This document shows positions 19,854-31,559 of a stretch of DNA of 60,685 nt, piece by piece. Made by a program: the position numbers and the translations under genes. The DNA comes from a virus (Duplodnaviria > Caudoviricetes): the IMG/VR virus record IMGVR_UViG_3300005253_000613, positions 1 to 60,685 of that record. One strand, given 5' to 3'. The notes beneath the pieces were generated by a model. It was not told where the DNA came from. It was given only the letters and a program-made list of their open reading frames with translations, and did not search any database. Positions within the stretch are counted from its first letter, which is position 1, and each line of letters starts with the position of its first letter.

Positions 19854-21188
19854 GTGTTATTTAGTTCTTAAAGTATTTATTAAAACATGGTGAAATTATG
19901 AATGAAGACATTGAGAGGCTTATAAGTCCATTTAATTTAAAAGAATTACAGTATATACTTTGGAAAGTTGAATTAGTTACAATAAAAGAAGACTTTTGGA
20001 ACATAATGAATAATCATTTTCCGGGGGAATATGATAAACATGATAAAAAAGCATTTTTCGATAAATATGCCGGTAGAGACACGCATGTTCAAGAATGGTG
20101 TGGTGATTGGTGGATTTGCGAAGATGACAGTCACCCTATCACAAAAGAATGCTTTATGGTAATAAATAGATATAGCCCGAATTTAATTAACAAGAAGAGT
20201 TGAAATGAAGCAAATAACACATACAAGCGTGAATCTTAAAGGCCTGTTACGAAATATGAAAGGACGTAAGATTGATTTTATGACCGATGATGATGGGAAA
20301 TTCCTGTCAGATAAAGAAGTTCGTAATGAGATTGATAAGTTACTGGCAAAAGGTCATAAATTAATGTGTAACAGTACAGAATGTAATGGTTTTGATCCTT
20401 ATAGCGGTGGTTGTCCGGGACATATAATAGATTAATTAACAATAGGAGTTTTAATGAATATACTTAATAAGATAGAATCATTTGAGTATGATAAAAATAG
20501 ACATCAACAATTCGGTGTTAAATCTGCTATAATTTGGGGCAATTCAAAAGATACAAACGGATGTTTCCCTATATTATATATATCAAAACCAAAACATATT
20601 TCACAAGAAGATTACGAATTATTATTAGATAGTATTGATATTCAATTTATTATAAAGGGGCGAAAAGATGGAAAAGACAATCAATGAATTAAAGAGTGAC
20701 AAGGAACAATTAGAAATAGCAACACAATCAATTGTTGCTGAATTTGAATCTAAATATCCAGATATTGCAGTTGAACTACTTTCTGTATGGCATCCAACGA
20801 ATGATTCTGGAGAAGGAGAATGTTATGTGAAGGCTAAACTTAAAGTTTTTGAAAGTGAATGAAATGCAAAGACTTATTAAAGAATGTATTAAACAATATA
20901 AATATGAGAAGGAGCAACAGGATTGCGGGATAGAAGAGAATATTTATATGAAAGAATCAAATTGTCTTTGTGGTTATCTATCATGGGTTCAAAAAAAATA
21001 TAAAAGATTAAAACAAGAACACTTCGATTTAATATCTAAATATCCCGGTTTTGATTTATGTCAGAGGCATGGTGGCAGCATGTATTTTGATTATAAAGAT
21101 TGGGTAAAGCCGGATTTATCATTTACAGGACATAAACCCACATTAAATTAATGGGATTTAAAATCGCATCAATAATAGATAAAGGGAC

Positions 21189-21572
21189 ATGAAACACGAA
21201 TCATTAATTCAAACACAATGTATAAATTTCTTGGTAAACAAGGGCTGGCATGTAATAAGAATAAATTCAGGCAGTCACACAAGGAAAACAGGTGATAAAA
21301 AGCGTTATATAGCATATTACAGGCAATTCTCCTGTCATTTGGATATAATGGGTGCGAATGCAAAGAAAACGTATTCATCGGCAGGTATGACTGATTTATT
21401 GGCATTCAAAAATAATAGGGTATTACAAATTGAAACTAAGAAACCGCATGGTATGCAAAGAATGACACAAATGACCTTCGAAACAATAACAAATAAGCAT
21501 GGGAACGATTATTATATTATTCGGGATATATCGGAATTAAGGAAATTATTGAGGGAATTAAAAAATGATTAA
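21189..21572 (+). CDS. VRR-NUC (PD-(D/E)xK) nuclease / resolvase
   Basis: ESLIQ..CI.FL...GW, GMTDL, IETK, Q..F motifs. Confidence 0.8.
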   Translation: MKHESLIQTQCINFLVNKGWHVIRINSGSHTRKTGDKKRYIAYYRQFSCHLDIMGANAKKTYSSAGMTDLLAFKNNRVLQIETKKPHGMQRMTQMTFETITNKHGNDYYIIRDISELRKLLRELKND

Positions 21573-21997
21573 AGAAATAACAATATACACAGTTATTTGT
21601 GATAATTGTGGTGTGGACAGTAATGCCAATGGTGAATACATAGGCTGGAATGATTTAGAATATGCAGAATCTCTGGCCTCAGAAGACGATTGGATTAAAG
21701 ACATCGACAAACATTATTGCAATGATTGTTATAATTATGATGATGAGGATAATCTAATTATAAATAAAGGATGAGCAAAATGATTAATATACCTAAACGT
21801 GCCGGATTGTATTAGTATTATCATTTGAGGACTGAGTATGGGATTAGAATTAGAGAGGGAACTTTTTCCTGAGTTTGGTACTGTTCAACCGATAGAAAAA
21901 GAAGAAAAAGAGATTAGCGAAATCGAAATAGTTGAAATCGAAGTTTGGGAATGTAAGGATATAAAAGAATTTTTAGAACGGTTAGAATCGATGAGAA

Positions 21998-22630
21998 ATG
22001 AATAAAACAAAAATAAACTGGCCAGATTTGGATTACACCTGGAATTCCGTTGTGGGCTGTCGAAGGAATTGTTATTATTGTTATGCAAGGGAACTTAATA
22101 ATCGCTTTAAATTTATTAAAAAGTGGAATAAGCCTCAGTTTTTTGAAGAACGTTTAGAGCAGCCGGGAAAAGTGAAAAAACCAAGTGTGATTTTTGTGGG
22201 TTCAATGTGTGATTTATTCGGGGAATGGGTACCTGATGAGTGGATTGATAAAATAATTGAAGTTTGTAAAATAGAGACACAACATACATATATGTTTTTA
22301 ACTAAAAATCCAATTAGGTATTTTGATTTTCGATTTCCTGAGAACTGTCAACTTGGGGCGACTGTGACAAATCCAAGAACAAGAGAAAATGTTATGATAT
22401 TTGAGGATATACTATATGTTGCTTTTCATTATAAAAATAAAATATTTCTAAGCATAGAACCACTTTTAGGTTCTTTTAAAGATTTCGATTTATCCAAATT
22501 TAATCAAATTATTGTCGGTGCCATGACAGGTAAGAATGCAGTTGTCCCGGAACAGGAATGGATAAAATCAATTCAACATACTAATATACATTTTAAAACA
22601 AACATACATAAATACTTAGGTACAAAATGA
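21998..22630 (+). CDS. DUF5131 (phage Gp37/Gp68, radical-SAM-like) protein
   Basis: TKINW...TWN.V.GCRRNCYYCYA, IFVGSMCDLF, FLTKNP, FLSIEPLL. Confidence 0.85.
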   Translation: MNKTKINWPDLDYTWNSVVGCRRNCYYCYARELNNRFKFIKKWNKPQFFEERLEQPGKVKKPSVIFVGSMCDLFGEWVPDEWIDKIIEVCKIETQHTYMFLTKNPIRYFDFRFPENCQLGATVTNPRTRENVMIFEDILYVAFHYKNKIFLSIEPLLGSFKDFDLSKFNQIIVGAMTGKNAVVPEQEWIKSIQHTNIHFKTNIHKYLGTK

Positions 22631-23007
22631 GACCATATAAAGCAAAGAAAAAAGGCACTGATATTTGGCTCTATGGGTGGTATACTTATGACGATCGTAC
22701 GGATACTCATTTCCTTTATGTTTATGACAAAGATAACAATGTATCACATAAATATATCATTGACCCTTCTACCGTTTGCCAACAAATAGGTTTACCAGAT
22801 AACGAAGGCAATGAGATATATGATAAACAAATAATGGAAAGTATACAGTATACGTTTGCTGTAATATGGAATAATGAGGAATCTATATATGAATTGCACC
22901 GCAATAATGGCACGGCATTAGCTGATGCAAGGGATATGGAACTCAATAGATGTGAAAGTATCGGCAACACCATCGATAATCCAGATTTCTTTGGGAGTAA
23001 AGAGTGA
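22627..23007 (+). CDS. YopX family protein
   Basis: IDPSTVCQ.IGL.D.EG.EIY, IGNTIDNPD. Confidence 0.75.
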   Translation: MRPYKAKKKGTDIWLYGWYTYDDRTDTHFLYVYDKDNNVSHKYIIDPSTVCQQIGLPDNEGNEIYDKQIMESIQYTFAVIWNNEESIYELHRNNGTALADARDMELNRCESIGNTIDNPDFFGSKE

Positions 23008-23243
23008 AACCATATTTATATCTAACTGAAATATCGTATAATTGTCCAAAGTGTGGAACTGTCAATCAAATAGAGTGTTATGATAATCTTGATTTGCACA
23101 TAAAAACAAATTACACCAATTCCATACATGAAACATGCAATAATTGCCATGCTAAAATAGATGTATATTTTGTATTGGAACAAAAAGAGATGATAATAAA
23201 AGAAAAACTCAAGAAAGGTTGAATTAATATTTAGGAGCTAAAA

Positions 23244-24884
23244 ATGACTAACACAGATAAAGTTTACAGATCGCTTAATCTATCTATGCGGGAATGGACA
23301 ACTGACATCTTTCACGGCATGTCACAATATGATGAACATACTGATCTAAGCAGATCACAATGGAGTGAGGCAATTCAATCAAATATCAGGAATGGGGATA
23401 TAGCAGGATATGATTTAGGTCAGAAAATTGGTAGAGCCTTGAAACTTGATAAAGGAATGTATTTTTTAATTCGCAAAGAGCGGTATGTCGATATTAAAGA
23501 AGAGGATTTGAGTAATGTTGATGAAAATGATTCTATAATATGTAGCTCACCGGAATTGCCTATATATCTTAAAATCATCGGGTTTCCCGAATATGGTTTT
23601 GAATCATTTAATGATATTAAGATTTTCCTCAAAATAATTCCTGAATCCGAATATCAAAATCAGATAGCAGCTAAAAAGCTGAATGAAGAATTCCCCCCTG
23701 AGAAACCAAAGATAATTTACGGCAAAAATAAGCAAACTACAGATGATTTCCCTGAAACGGATTGTGAACTTATAGTTCCGTTTAAACCAACAAAATCATT
23801 CAAGACGAAAATAAAGGTATTGGATATTAAGGAAAACACAGAGCTTAAAGCAGGGGATTATGTGAGGATTAAACAGAATATAGAAGAATTATGTCAAACC
23901 AGTGGTGTTTATTATAACCCATTGATGAAACGAATTAAAATTGGCATCCATAAGGTCAATGACATAGAAGTTGGCAAGTTTTATAGTGAAACTGCTATAA
24001 ATATAAGCAACAAACAATGGGACGTGCCTATATCGGCTATCAAAAAGATAATCAAACTACCAGAACAATTCAAGATAGATGCAGGAGAACAAGGAAAAGA
24101 TGTGCTAAACGAGTTAATTCAATTAGGATATGAGCTTGTGGGTTATCCTTATAAAAAGTTCGAACATATCTTCGTTGACAAAAAAACATATCAGACAAAA
24201 CCGGGTGGGGATAAATTATTCTTTAGCAAACAGGAATACCCTGAACTAAACCTCGCTGAATTCTATACAGAAGTAGGCTTAGAAATGCCAGCAATAACCA
24301 AAGAAGGTAAATTGGCAGGTGAACCTAAATATACAGATGAAGAACGAGAAGAAATGGAAATGTTATATTGTGAAAGCAAGAAAATGAAGTTAAATATTTC
24401 AGACGCAAAAGAATTGTTAAATAAATATCATAATTTCAAAACTTACGTACATGGTGTTGATGATATATACTCATCGGACGACGAATTTACAGCCACAGAT
24501 GTAGAAAAAGAGATAGAATGCCATCCAACAGCTGTACCAGGCAAGGTAACATTAAAGGTGGCACGGTATATTGATGAATTAACAGATGACGAAATGCAAG
24601 AAGCGATATACGGCAAAAGCGGGACTAAGATGGCTGACAAACATCCTCGCCTTGTCGAGAAAATGCAGGCAGATGGATATTTACATGAAGACTTAAAAAA
24701 ATGTGCAACCGAGACTGCTAAGAGGGTATTGGAATCACGTATCGAGCGTTTACCAGATAGATTAGACTATCTAACATCGGCTATAAGAAACAAACTTGAT
24801 AGAAGGGAGGTAATCAAATTTAGTTGGATAGATGATAGGAATTTAATAATCGAAGAATTAAATCAATTAACAGGAGAAAAGTAA
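23244..24884 (+). CDS. Large mosaic hypothetical protein
   Basis: 546-aa ORF with AGGAG RBS; no catalytic motif recognised. Confidence 0.65.
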   Translation: MTNTDKVYRSLNLSMREWTTDIFHGMSQYDEHTDLSRSQWSEAIQSNIRNGDIAGYDLGQKIGRALKLDKGMYFLIRKERYVDIKEEDLSNVDENDSIICSSPELPIYLKIIGFPEYGFESFNDIKIFLKIIPESEYQNQIAAKKLNEEFPPEKPKIIYGKNKQTTDDFPETDCELIVPFKPTKSFKTKIKVLDIKENTELKAGDYVRIKQNIEELCQTSGVYYNPLMKRIKIGIHKVNDIEVGKFYSETAINISNKQWDVPISAIKKIIKLPEQFKIDAGEQGKDVLNELIQLGYELVGYPYKKFEHIFVDKKTYQTKPGGDKLFFSKQEYPELNLAEFYTEVGLEMPAITKEGKLAGEPKYTDEEREEMEMLYCESKKMKLNISDAKELLNKYHNFKTYVHGVDDIYSSDDEFTATDVEKEIECHPTAVPGKVTLKVARYIDELTDDEMQEAIYGKSGTKMADKHPRLVEKMQADGYLHEDLKKCATETAKRVLESRIERLPDRLDYLTSAIRNKLDRREVIKFSWIDDRNLIIEELNQLTGEK

Positions 24885-25463
24885 TGAAAACAGAACAAAT
24901 AATTGATAAAGCAGATACGAAGTATCAATATGAATCAAAATGCTGTGGTGTAAAAGTATATTCGACTGATATACCTTTTTGTCCCAAATGCCATGAATGG
25001 TGTAAATTAATTAAAATTGAGAAGTAAGCAATGAGTAAATTCATAGAAGAAATCGTAACCTCAATTAAAAGTGAACCATTGTCATGGGAAGATAATGATG
25101 GTGGAGAGTTGGTCAACAGATCAAAAGGTGTTTTGTTATTGCAATATGGGAATGGTGTGCTATTGTCTTGTATTAATGTATTAATTAATGGTAAAGAAAC
25201 ACCCACAACATATTTTGATGGGATGAAACTTGAACATGCTATAAAGAAATGGTATAAAGGCATAGGATTGGAGCATTTACGGGGGAAGACAAGATGAAGA
25301 AACTTTCTTGCGGTTTTGTGATCAAAATTGTGAAGTTCAATACGATCACAAATATAGATTGCCAGATAATTATGAAAGATGCCCACATCAAATAATGAAA
25401 GATGAAACAACAAGTATTTAAATAAATGTTTTATATATAAAATCACCGAGCGAATATTAACGA

Positions 25464-25737
25464 ATAATTTGATATTAAACTCAACAACTAAAGGATTAAT
25501 TATGGAATTAAAAATCAAACTACCTGACCATTATAAATTAATTGATATTGGAGATTGGGTAACTATAAGAGGCAAAGGTATTAAGCAAACTCAAATAATG
25601 GATATAACACCTTTGTATGCTATTTTAAATGACAACAAAGAACTCGAATTATATTATCATAGTGAGTTAGCGCTTAGAAGAAAAGAATCTGCATACGAAC
25701 GATCAAAAAGATTAAGCCCATAATTTGATATTAAACT
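25464..25737 (+). repeat. 18-bp direct repeat ATAATTTGATATTAAACT (25464-25481, 25720-25737) flanking one small ORF
   Basis: Identical copies. Confidence 0.75.
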
Positions 25738-25762
25738 ATTTATTTATAAATTACATATAAAG

Positions 25763-26434
25763 ATGAAGACTATTTTACATATCGTTGGTGCGGGTGGCTT
25801 CGCAAAAGAAGTAATCCAAATGATAGAAAGCCAGAACCATTTAGATATGGTTTATTATTCAAGAAACGAGGAAATTAAAATATCCGGTTTATATATAGAC
25901 CAAGAATGCCTCACAGACAAGGCTCAATACATGGGCATCCCAATATGGGACATAGCCTCTTTGCCTAAATTTAACGAATCATCAAGAACGATAATAGCGA
26001 TTGGCAATTCTAAGGCAAGGAAGCGGATAGTTGAGGAAGTATTGCCAAGAGACATGAATTATTATTGTATCATATCTTCTGATATTAACATTAAGGATTT
26101 TGGGACCAACTTAAATTCACCTGGGACAATCATAGCGAGAGGAAATTTATTTACAACAGAGATAGAAATAGGCAAGCATTCGATTATTAATCCCGGTTGC
26201 ACTATCGGGCACGATGTAAAGATAGGCAATTATTGCACTATATCACCTGGTTGTAATATATCAGGGAATGTAAAGATAGGCGAATGTGTAGAAATCGGAA
26301 CGAATACCTGCATCCGGGAAAATATTTCGATTTGTGATGATGTAATAATTGGGATGGGTTCAGTAGTTGTTAAAGATATATATAGATCAGGTATATATTA
26401 CGGGAATCCAGCCAAAGAGAAAGATTATAACTAA
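25763..26434 (+). CDS. NeuD/PglD-family sugar O-acetyltransferase
   Basis: IVGAGGFAKE, IAIGN, hexapeptide repeats, IGHD, YYGNPAK. Confidence 0.9.
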   Translation: MKTILHIVGAGGFAKEVIQMIESQNHLDMVYYSRNEEIKISGLYIDQECLTDKAQYMGIPIWDIASLPKFNESSRTIIAIGNSKARKRIVEEVLPRDMNYYCIISSDINIKDFGTNLNSPGTIIARGNLFTTEIEIGKHSIINPGCTIGHDVKIGNYCTISPGCNISGNVKIGECVEIGTNTCIRENISICDDVIIGMGSVVVKDIYRSGIYYGNPAKEKDYN

Positions 26435-26463
26435 CTATATTCTATTAAACAGAGGAGGCTATC

Positions 26464-26988
26464 ATGCCAGTAATGCAAAGAGACATAGACAACTTACAGC
26501 GTCAGATTACAGTTTTACAAGATCAAATGGAAGTTCGGCCGACAAATGGCGGCGACGACTGTTCTGAAATCAAGTTGCCTCAAACACAATCCGAAAGTTT
26601 GGAGGTATTGGGAGATATTACCTTAACTGGGGTAGTAAATGGAGTTGATGTGACTGATTTACAGCGTCAGATCACAGCGGTTGAAACTAAAATGGATAAA
26701 TGCAAAGCAGAGGGGAACTATGATTTAATTGAGGTAAAAGCGGAATTACGCAAGAATTTTGAGAAGATAGCTGGGTTCACAACGGCTACAATACAAAGGA
26801 TGAAGAATATTGAGGCGGATATTGTCTTTTTAAAGACAATGAAACATACAGATAGTCAGGAAAAAACAAGAAAGACGAAAGAAGCTATTAAAGCGGACAA
26901 GTTACAAAGGGAGAATAGAATGGGACAACTGTCAAAGAAATCAGCACCCATTTCGGTAGGCAGTCTAAAAAAGGCTAAGAAGAAATAA
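26464..26988 (+). CDS. Coiled-coil hypothetical protein
   Basis: LQRQIT twice around a GDITLTGVVNGVDV segment; GGAGG RBS. Confidence 0.6.
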   Translation: MPVMQRDIDNLQRQITVLQDQMEVRPTNGGDDCSEIKLPQTQSESLEVLGDITLTGVVNGVDVTDLQRQITAVETKMDKCKAEGNYDLIEVKAELRKNFEKIAGFTTATIQRMKNIEADIVFLKTMKHTDSQEKTRKTKEAIKADKLQRENRMGQLSKKSAPISVGSLKKAKKK

Positions 26989-27025
26989 TGCCAACGTTGA
27001 CAGAAGATATTCGTAGAGGTGTATC

Positions 27026-27211
27026 ATTCCAACATATGAATACAAATGTCCTTTATGCAACACAACATTAATAAAGGACGAGCCGATAAACCGGGTAAGG
27101 TTGACACGCTGTCCGAAATGTCCTGGCAGGTTAAAAATTGTCATTCAGCGTACTTTCATTGATTTGAGGGGGGAAGGCTGGACTGAGAAGAGTTATAGCA
27201 AGGCTAAATAG
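27026..27211 (+). CDS. FmdB-family zinc-ribbon protein, apparent ATT start
   Basis: (I)PTYEYKCPLC...RCPKC...DLRGEGW; in-frame TAG at 27014 and no ATG/GTG/TTG before the motif. Confidence 0.65.
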   Translation: MPTYEYKCPLCNTTLIKDEPINRVRLTRCPKCPGRLKIVIQRTFIDLRGEGWTEKSYSKAK

Positions 27212-27277
27212 CAATTTGCAACGAGCGTATTAAATAATGTGTCTTTTGATAGTCTCTCACAGCAACCAATTGGGCAC

Positions 27278-27307
27278 AAAAAAGGCAGGGTTTAGTCGCC
27301 CTGCCTT
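27278..27307 (-). terminator. Rho-independent terminator between convergent operons
   Basis: AAGGCAGGG/CCCTGCCTT stem with A-run (U-tract on minus strand). Confidence 0.8.
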
Positions 27308-27789
27308 GATTTTGATTATATATAATTGTAGAACTCACACCTCCTCTAAACTATTAATATTATCATAATGCTCGGCGAATGAATGAATTGCACTTTCGAA
27401 TGATTCCTCAGAAAAAATAAAACCAAGAATGAAACTTGCTAAATCTTTCATTTTTTGATCGTCAACTGATTCATCGTCTCGTTATTGTCCTGTCGTGTAC
27501 CAACAGGTATTTCTTTTGGAATACTCATAATAAACACCTTAAATATTAGACTGAAAAAATATTTCAAGTTCATCAATAAATTCATCGTTACTTACAACCG
27601 GCATATTAACACTTTCGAATTCATCGGTAAGCACAACAGCGAAATTATACATTCCTTCTTCACCTTGATTTTTTAGGATAAAGTATAATTTATTAGGCGA
27701 ATCATGTTCTTTTAACATCTCAAGCGTAATAGCTCTTGCTATCGCATAGTGTGTGCGTTGCCAGGAATCAAAACCATTTGCAAATTCTT

Positions 27790-28452
27790 TCATTTCGTCT
27801 CCGGATCTTGACAATGACTTAATTTACCATCTGAATTAATTGAATATTCCAGACCGTAGCCGAATAATTTCTGGCAAACGAGTTTACCGTCTAACCAGTC
27901 TTTATCATCACCATCTGTACTAATTACAACATCTTCGCCAAAGAAATGCTTGAAAGCAATTAGGCAAGCCGTAACAGTGAGATCGTAAGGCTTGTAAGCA
28001 GTTTTGCAAAAAGCAAAAAGGAGTTCTTGATTTCTTACTTTAGCGAATTCTCTTGAAAGATCATCTGGCGGAACAATCTTTTCAATATACATTGTTTCGT
28101 GGTCTCCTTCCCCCAAACCGGTACCATTATTGATTGGTGCGGTACGTTTAGCGAGTGTTTTACCGGCGAACCAGTCACCATCAACTTTAGATGTGCAAGG
28201 GTCAGCCAGAACATCAACTAACCCTGCATATTCAGAAGGCCAAGCGATACCAAGCGGTTCATTTGTAGTCCATTCTCCAACGGGCTGTACATCAGAGCCG
28301 TTAAAAAACACAGTGTTCTTATCAGAATCATTGTCAATTTTAATACCTAACCGCTCTGATTCAGCGATAATCTTTTCAGTAGCGTCTGCAAATTCAGCAA
28401 ACTTAGCGTCGTCTAATTCTGGTTTACGGTACCAGTAATGAGTGTAACCCAT
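27790..28452 (-). CDS. Conserved hypothetical phage/plasmid early protein
   Basis: MGYTHYW...FCKTAYKPYDL.V...L pattern; AGGAG RBS. Confidence 0.6.
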   Translation of the reverse strand: MGYTHYWYRKPELDDAKFAEFADATEKIIAESERLGIKIDNDSDKNTVFFNGSDVQPVGEWTTNEPLGIAWPSEYAGLVDVLADPCTSKVDGDWFAGKTLAKRTAPINNGTGLGEGDHETMYIEKIVPPDDLSREFAKVRNQELLFAFCKTAYKPYDLTVTACLIAFKHFFGEDVVISTDGDDKDWLDGKLVCQKLFGYGLEYSINSDGKLSHCQDPETK

Positions 28453-30817
28453 AATATCTCCTATTGAGTGTGAGTAAAAGTTAGTTCTTTAATTCGTCGG
28501 GGTATTCACCGATAAGCCAATAAGAATTATCATCATCATCGGCAATAAACTCCCACCAGCAGCCGTAATAATCAATATTATAGTTACCTGTTAGTGTGCC
28601 GGTTTTAGGTATATTATCAATTCTCATACCTTGTTCGGCATCAACGAATCCCTTATTTTGCTGTTCCATTTTACACCTCTTTTAAAAAGTGAGTTAAAAA
28701 TCAATTATATCTATACTTAATAAAACTTCTTATATCTGCTATAAGTTCCTTAACGTCACTGGTAAATTGTTCCTTAGAATCCTTCAATATAACGTCAGGT
28801 TTAGACTTATACTCAATGATAAATCCCAAAGACTTTTCAATTTGTTCCAGCGTCTTTATAATATCTATCCTCAAAGGAACAGAATCTTTGTTTTTCAAAG
28901 TTGCTTCGAGCGTGTTGAGTGAAGCGTGTATTTTAGTTAGGTTGTTCATATTATATTTTAATAGTGAGAAGTCTGTATTGAGGAAATTATTTATAAATTC
29001 CAACTCATATAATCAAGTTCAATCAATGCTTTTTTAACATCAAAAGAAGATTGGATACCATTAGCTTTCATAATGCCATAATATTCATACATTCCCAGCC
29101 CATCAATGCCAAAGTTATCCAAAATCCAATTAACTTTCCAAGCGAGTATATCGTCACTTTCTAACCAGTCTTTCAACCTATTTGTTGTTATGCGATATTT
29201 CATAAACATTTCCTTGCTTGATAAATAAAACCATTAATCCCTTGTGCTTCGACTTCACCAAATTCTGATTTGAATTCTACAAAATACGGTATGCGATCTT
29301 GTTTATCTCCCGTATTTTCTACAATATCAACAATTACAACCCGGCCGTGACAATCATGTTCATAATGAGTATTAATTCTTATGTGATGCACCATAGAATA
29401 GACAATATTATTCATATCAAACTCTTGTTAATATATTCAACAAACTCAATTTCAGGAATGCAGCCAGGATTTGAATTTGAGCAACGCCGTCCGTTCTGCA
29501 TTCTTTTAGTTATTTATGTATAAGTTCCAGTTTGTCTTATTGTTAATTCCGCATCTCCGTCTGTTTTATGATAGTATAATTTTATACTCCCTTCTAATGT
29601 GCCGTTTTTCATTTCAAACTCCTTTTGTGCAAAGTGACTGATCTAAAACAGAGGTTGTAGTTTCTGATATGAATTTATCTACTTCACAGCTACCATCAGA
29701 ATAAACCGCTGAGAAATATAACGTAGCTTCCGTTATTTCATCGCAACCATACCCACCATCATTAACACAACGGTTAAGTATTTCTTCAGTTATTAATTGT
29801 TCCAAGTCAAGCGTTGACGGTGTAATCATAACACCGATAACAGAGCCATCATATAATTTAATTGTGGCTTGGCCCTCAACTTTTATCTTGGTTAATTCCA
29901 ATGTTATTGATTTAGCCACCTCATTCAATCCGAGTTCTTTTCTCAAGTCTTTCATAATAGTTTCCTTATAAGTGAGTGTATAAAAATAATCAGTCTTCAA
30001 CTCCAGTCAATCTATGTGCATTAGCCACAATAGTTATAGCAGTACACACAATCCCTATGAAGCTAAAAAACAGCATGTTCATATTGACATTTACCGAATA
30101 GTAAATGAATACGAGCGTAAGAATCGTTAAGATCAGTAGTAATTTTGGCAAGTTCATAATAGCACCTTTATTTAAAATTTATTGATTCCAATATTAATTT
30201 AAAATCACCTTGAGCTACACTATATTTTAAGTAATGTTTCAACAACCCATTCAAAAACATAGGCTTGCAAAGCCACATGTGCAACAAGTTGAGCTGTTTG
30301 TGTGTGAATTGTACATACAAACATAAATTAGAATTAACTTGATATATTTTGGCTACAATATTATCAGCTTCGATTGTGATTTTAGATTTATAGCCAAAAG
30401 CAGTTGCATTATCCCATTCGTTATAATCGTACAAACGATAAGCAGAGATTTTATGCGTAGTTTCCATAGTTTTAATTCCTTATATTAATTTTGTTAGCTT
30501 AATTCATGTGGGTATTCATCAATATTCCAAACATATAATGTATTCTTTGCTACTTTAAATTCAGCAGTAGCTTCATTGTTATATTCTCCCAATATCAGCA
30601 TCATTTGTTGATAGTGTTTCTCAACTTTATTAAACATAAATGCTTCGAAGTCATTATAATGTAACAATTCTTTAATACCCATTATTGATGTTTTCATTGT
30701 TTTGTTCCTTTTGATAAGTGATTGAATACAATTAGTGTGTTAGTTTAGTATCAATATCACCTTAAAAGTGCAGTAGCGTCCATTTATAGCTGTCGAATAT
30801 TAGCCAACCTCTTGATT

Positions 30818-31243
30818 TTATAACATTTCGGTTAATTCCTTGCCGAGTTTCTTGATTTGCTTTTTGCTTAGGCTTTCACCCTGGTTAGAGCTTATAACCT
30901 CACATTCATTTAATATTTCTTCTCCAATGATATAAGCTAACATATTAGCAACCTTTTCAGAATCCCCAAAATCAATAAGACACTCGCCGTATAAATCTTT
31001 ATCATATTCTTGAATTGTCTTAATAGCCCAAAACACATTGGTTTTGTTAAGGAATTGTTCAGCTTTATAATAACCATTGATAAAATAATCTTCATTGTAT
31101 AAATGATGATGGAGCTTATCGACTTCAATGTTTTCCAAATCCTCTACTTTGGAAATACCATGTTGTATAATTTCGTTTAAGGCTTCCTGCTCTAACATAG
31201 TGCCGTTTTGTAAAACTTTTAAATAACTCATTTTAAACCTCAT
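30818..31243 (-). CDS. Acidic early protein, possibly Ocr-like antirestriction
   Basis: LHHHLYNEDYFINGYYKAEQFL...EKVANMLAYIIGEEIL; resemblance judged from memory. Confidence 0.4.
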   Translation of the reverse strand: MRFKMSYLKVLQNGTMLEQEALNEIIQHGISKVEDLENIEVDKLHHHLYNEDYFINGYYKAEQFLNKTNVFWAIKTIQEYDKDLYGECLIDFGDSEKVANMLAYIIGEEILNECEVISSNQGESLSKKQIKKLGKELTEML

Positions 31244-31256
31244 TAAATTATTGAAT

Positions 31257-31559
31257 TTATTTCCCTACTCGCATTGCCTGGTAGTTATATCCAGCCTTCT
31301 TTGAGTGACGGGCTACAATATTATTATCTTTGTAATAACTTCCAAACATAGTTTCGTCAGTAACAATAAGACCTTTGTTTTTCAAGGTCTCGAATGCACA
31401 GTCTTTATAATGGCCTTCATAACCATACTGGAACGGCAATCGAAACATAAGTTCATTCTTTAGCCCAAGATTAACAGTAACAATTGCATCAAAATATGAA
31501 TTGCCATTTGAAGCGTCGAAGCACTCCCTCGCTAATACGTCAATTGTTTTGATTTTCAT
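31257..31559 (-). CDS. Hypothetical early protein
   Basis: MKIKTIDV...NGNSYF...PFQYGY; AAGGA RBS supports internal start. Confidence 0.55.
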   Translation of the reverse strand: MKIKTIDVLARECFDASNGNSYFDAIVTVNLGLKNELMFRLPFQYGYEGHYKDCAFETLKNKGLIVTDETMFGSYYKDNNIVARHSKKAGYNYQAMRVGK

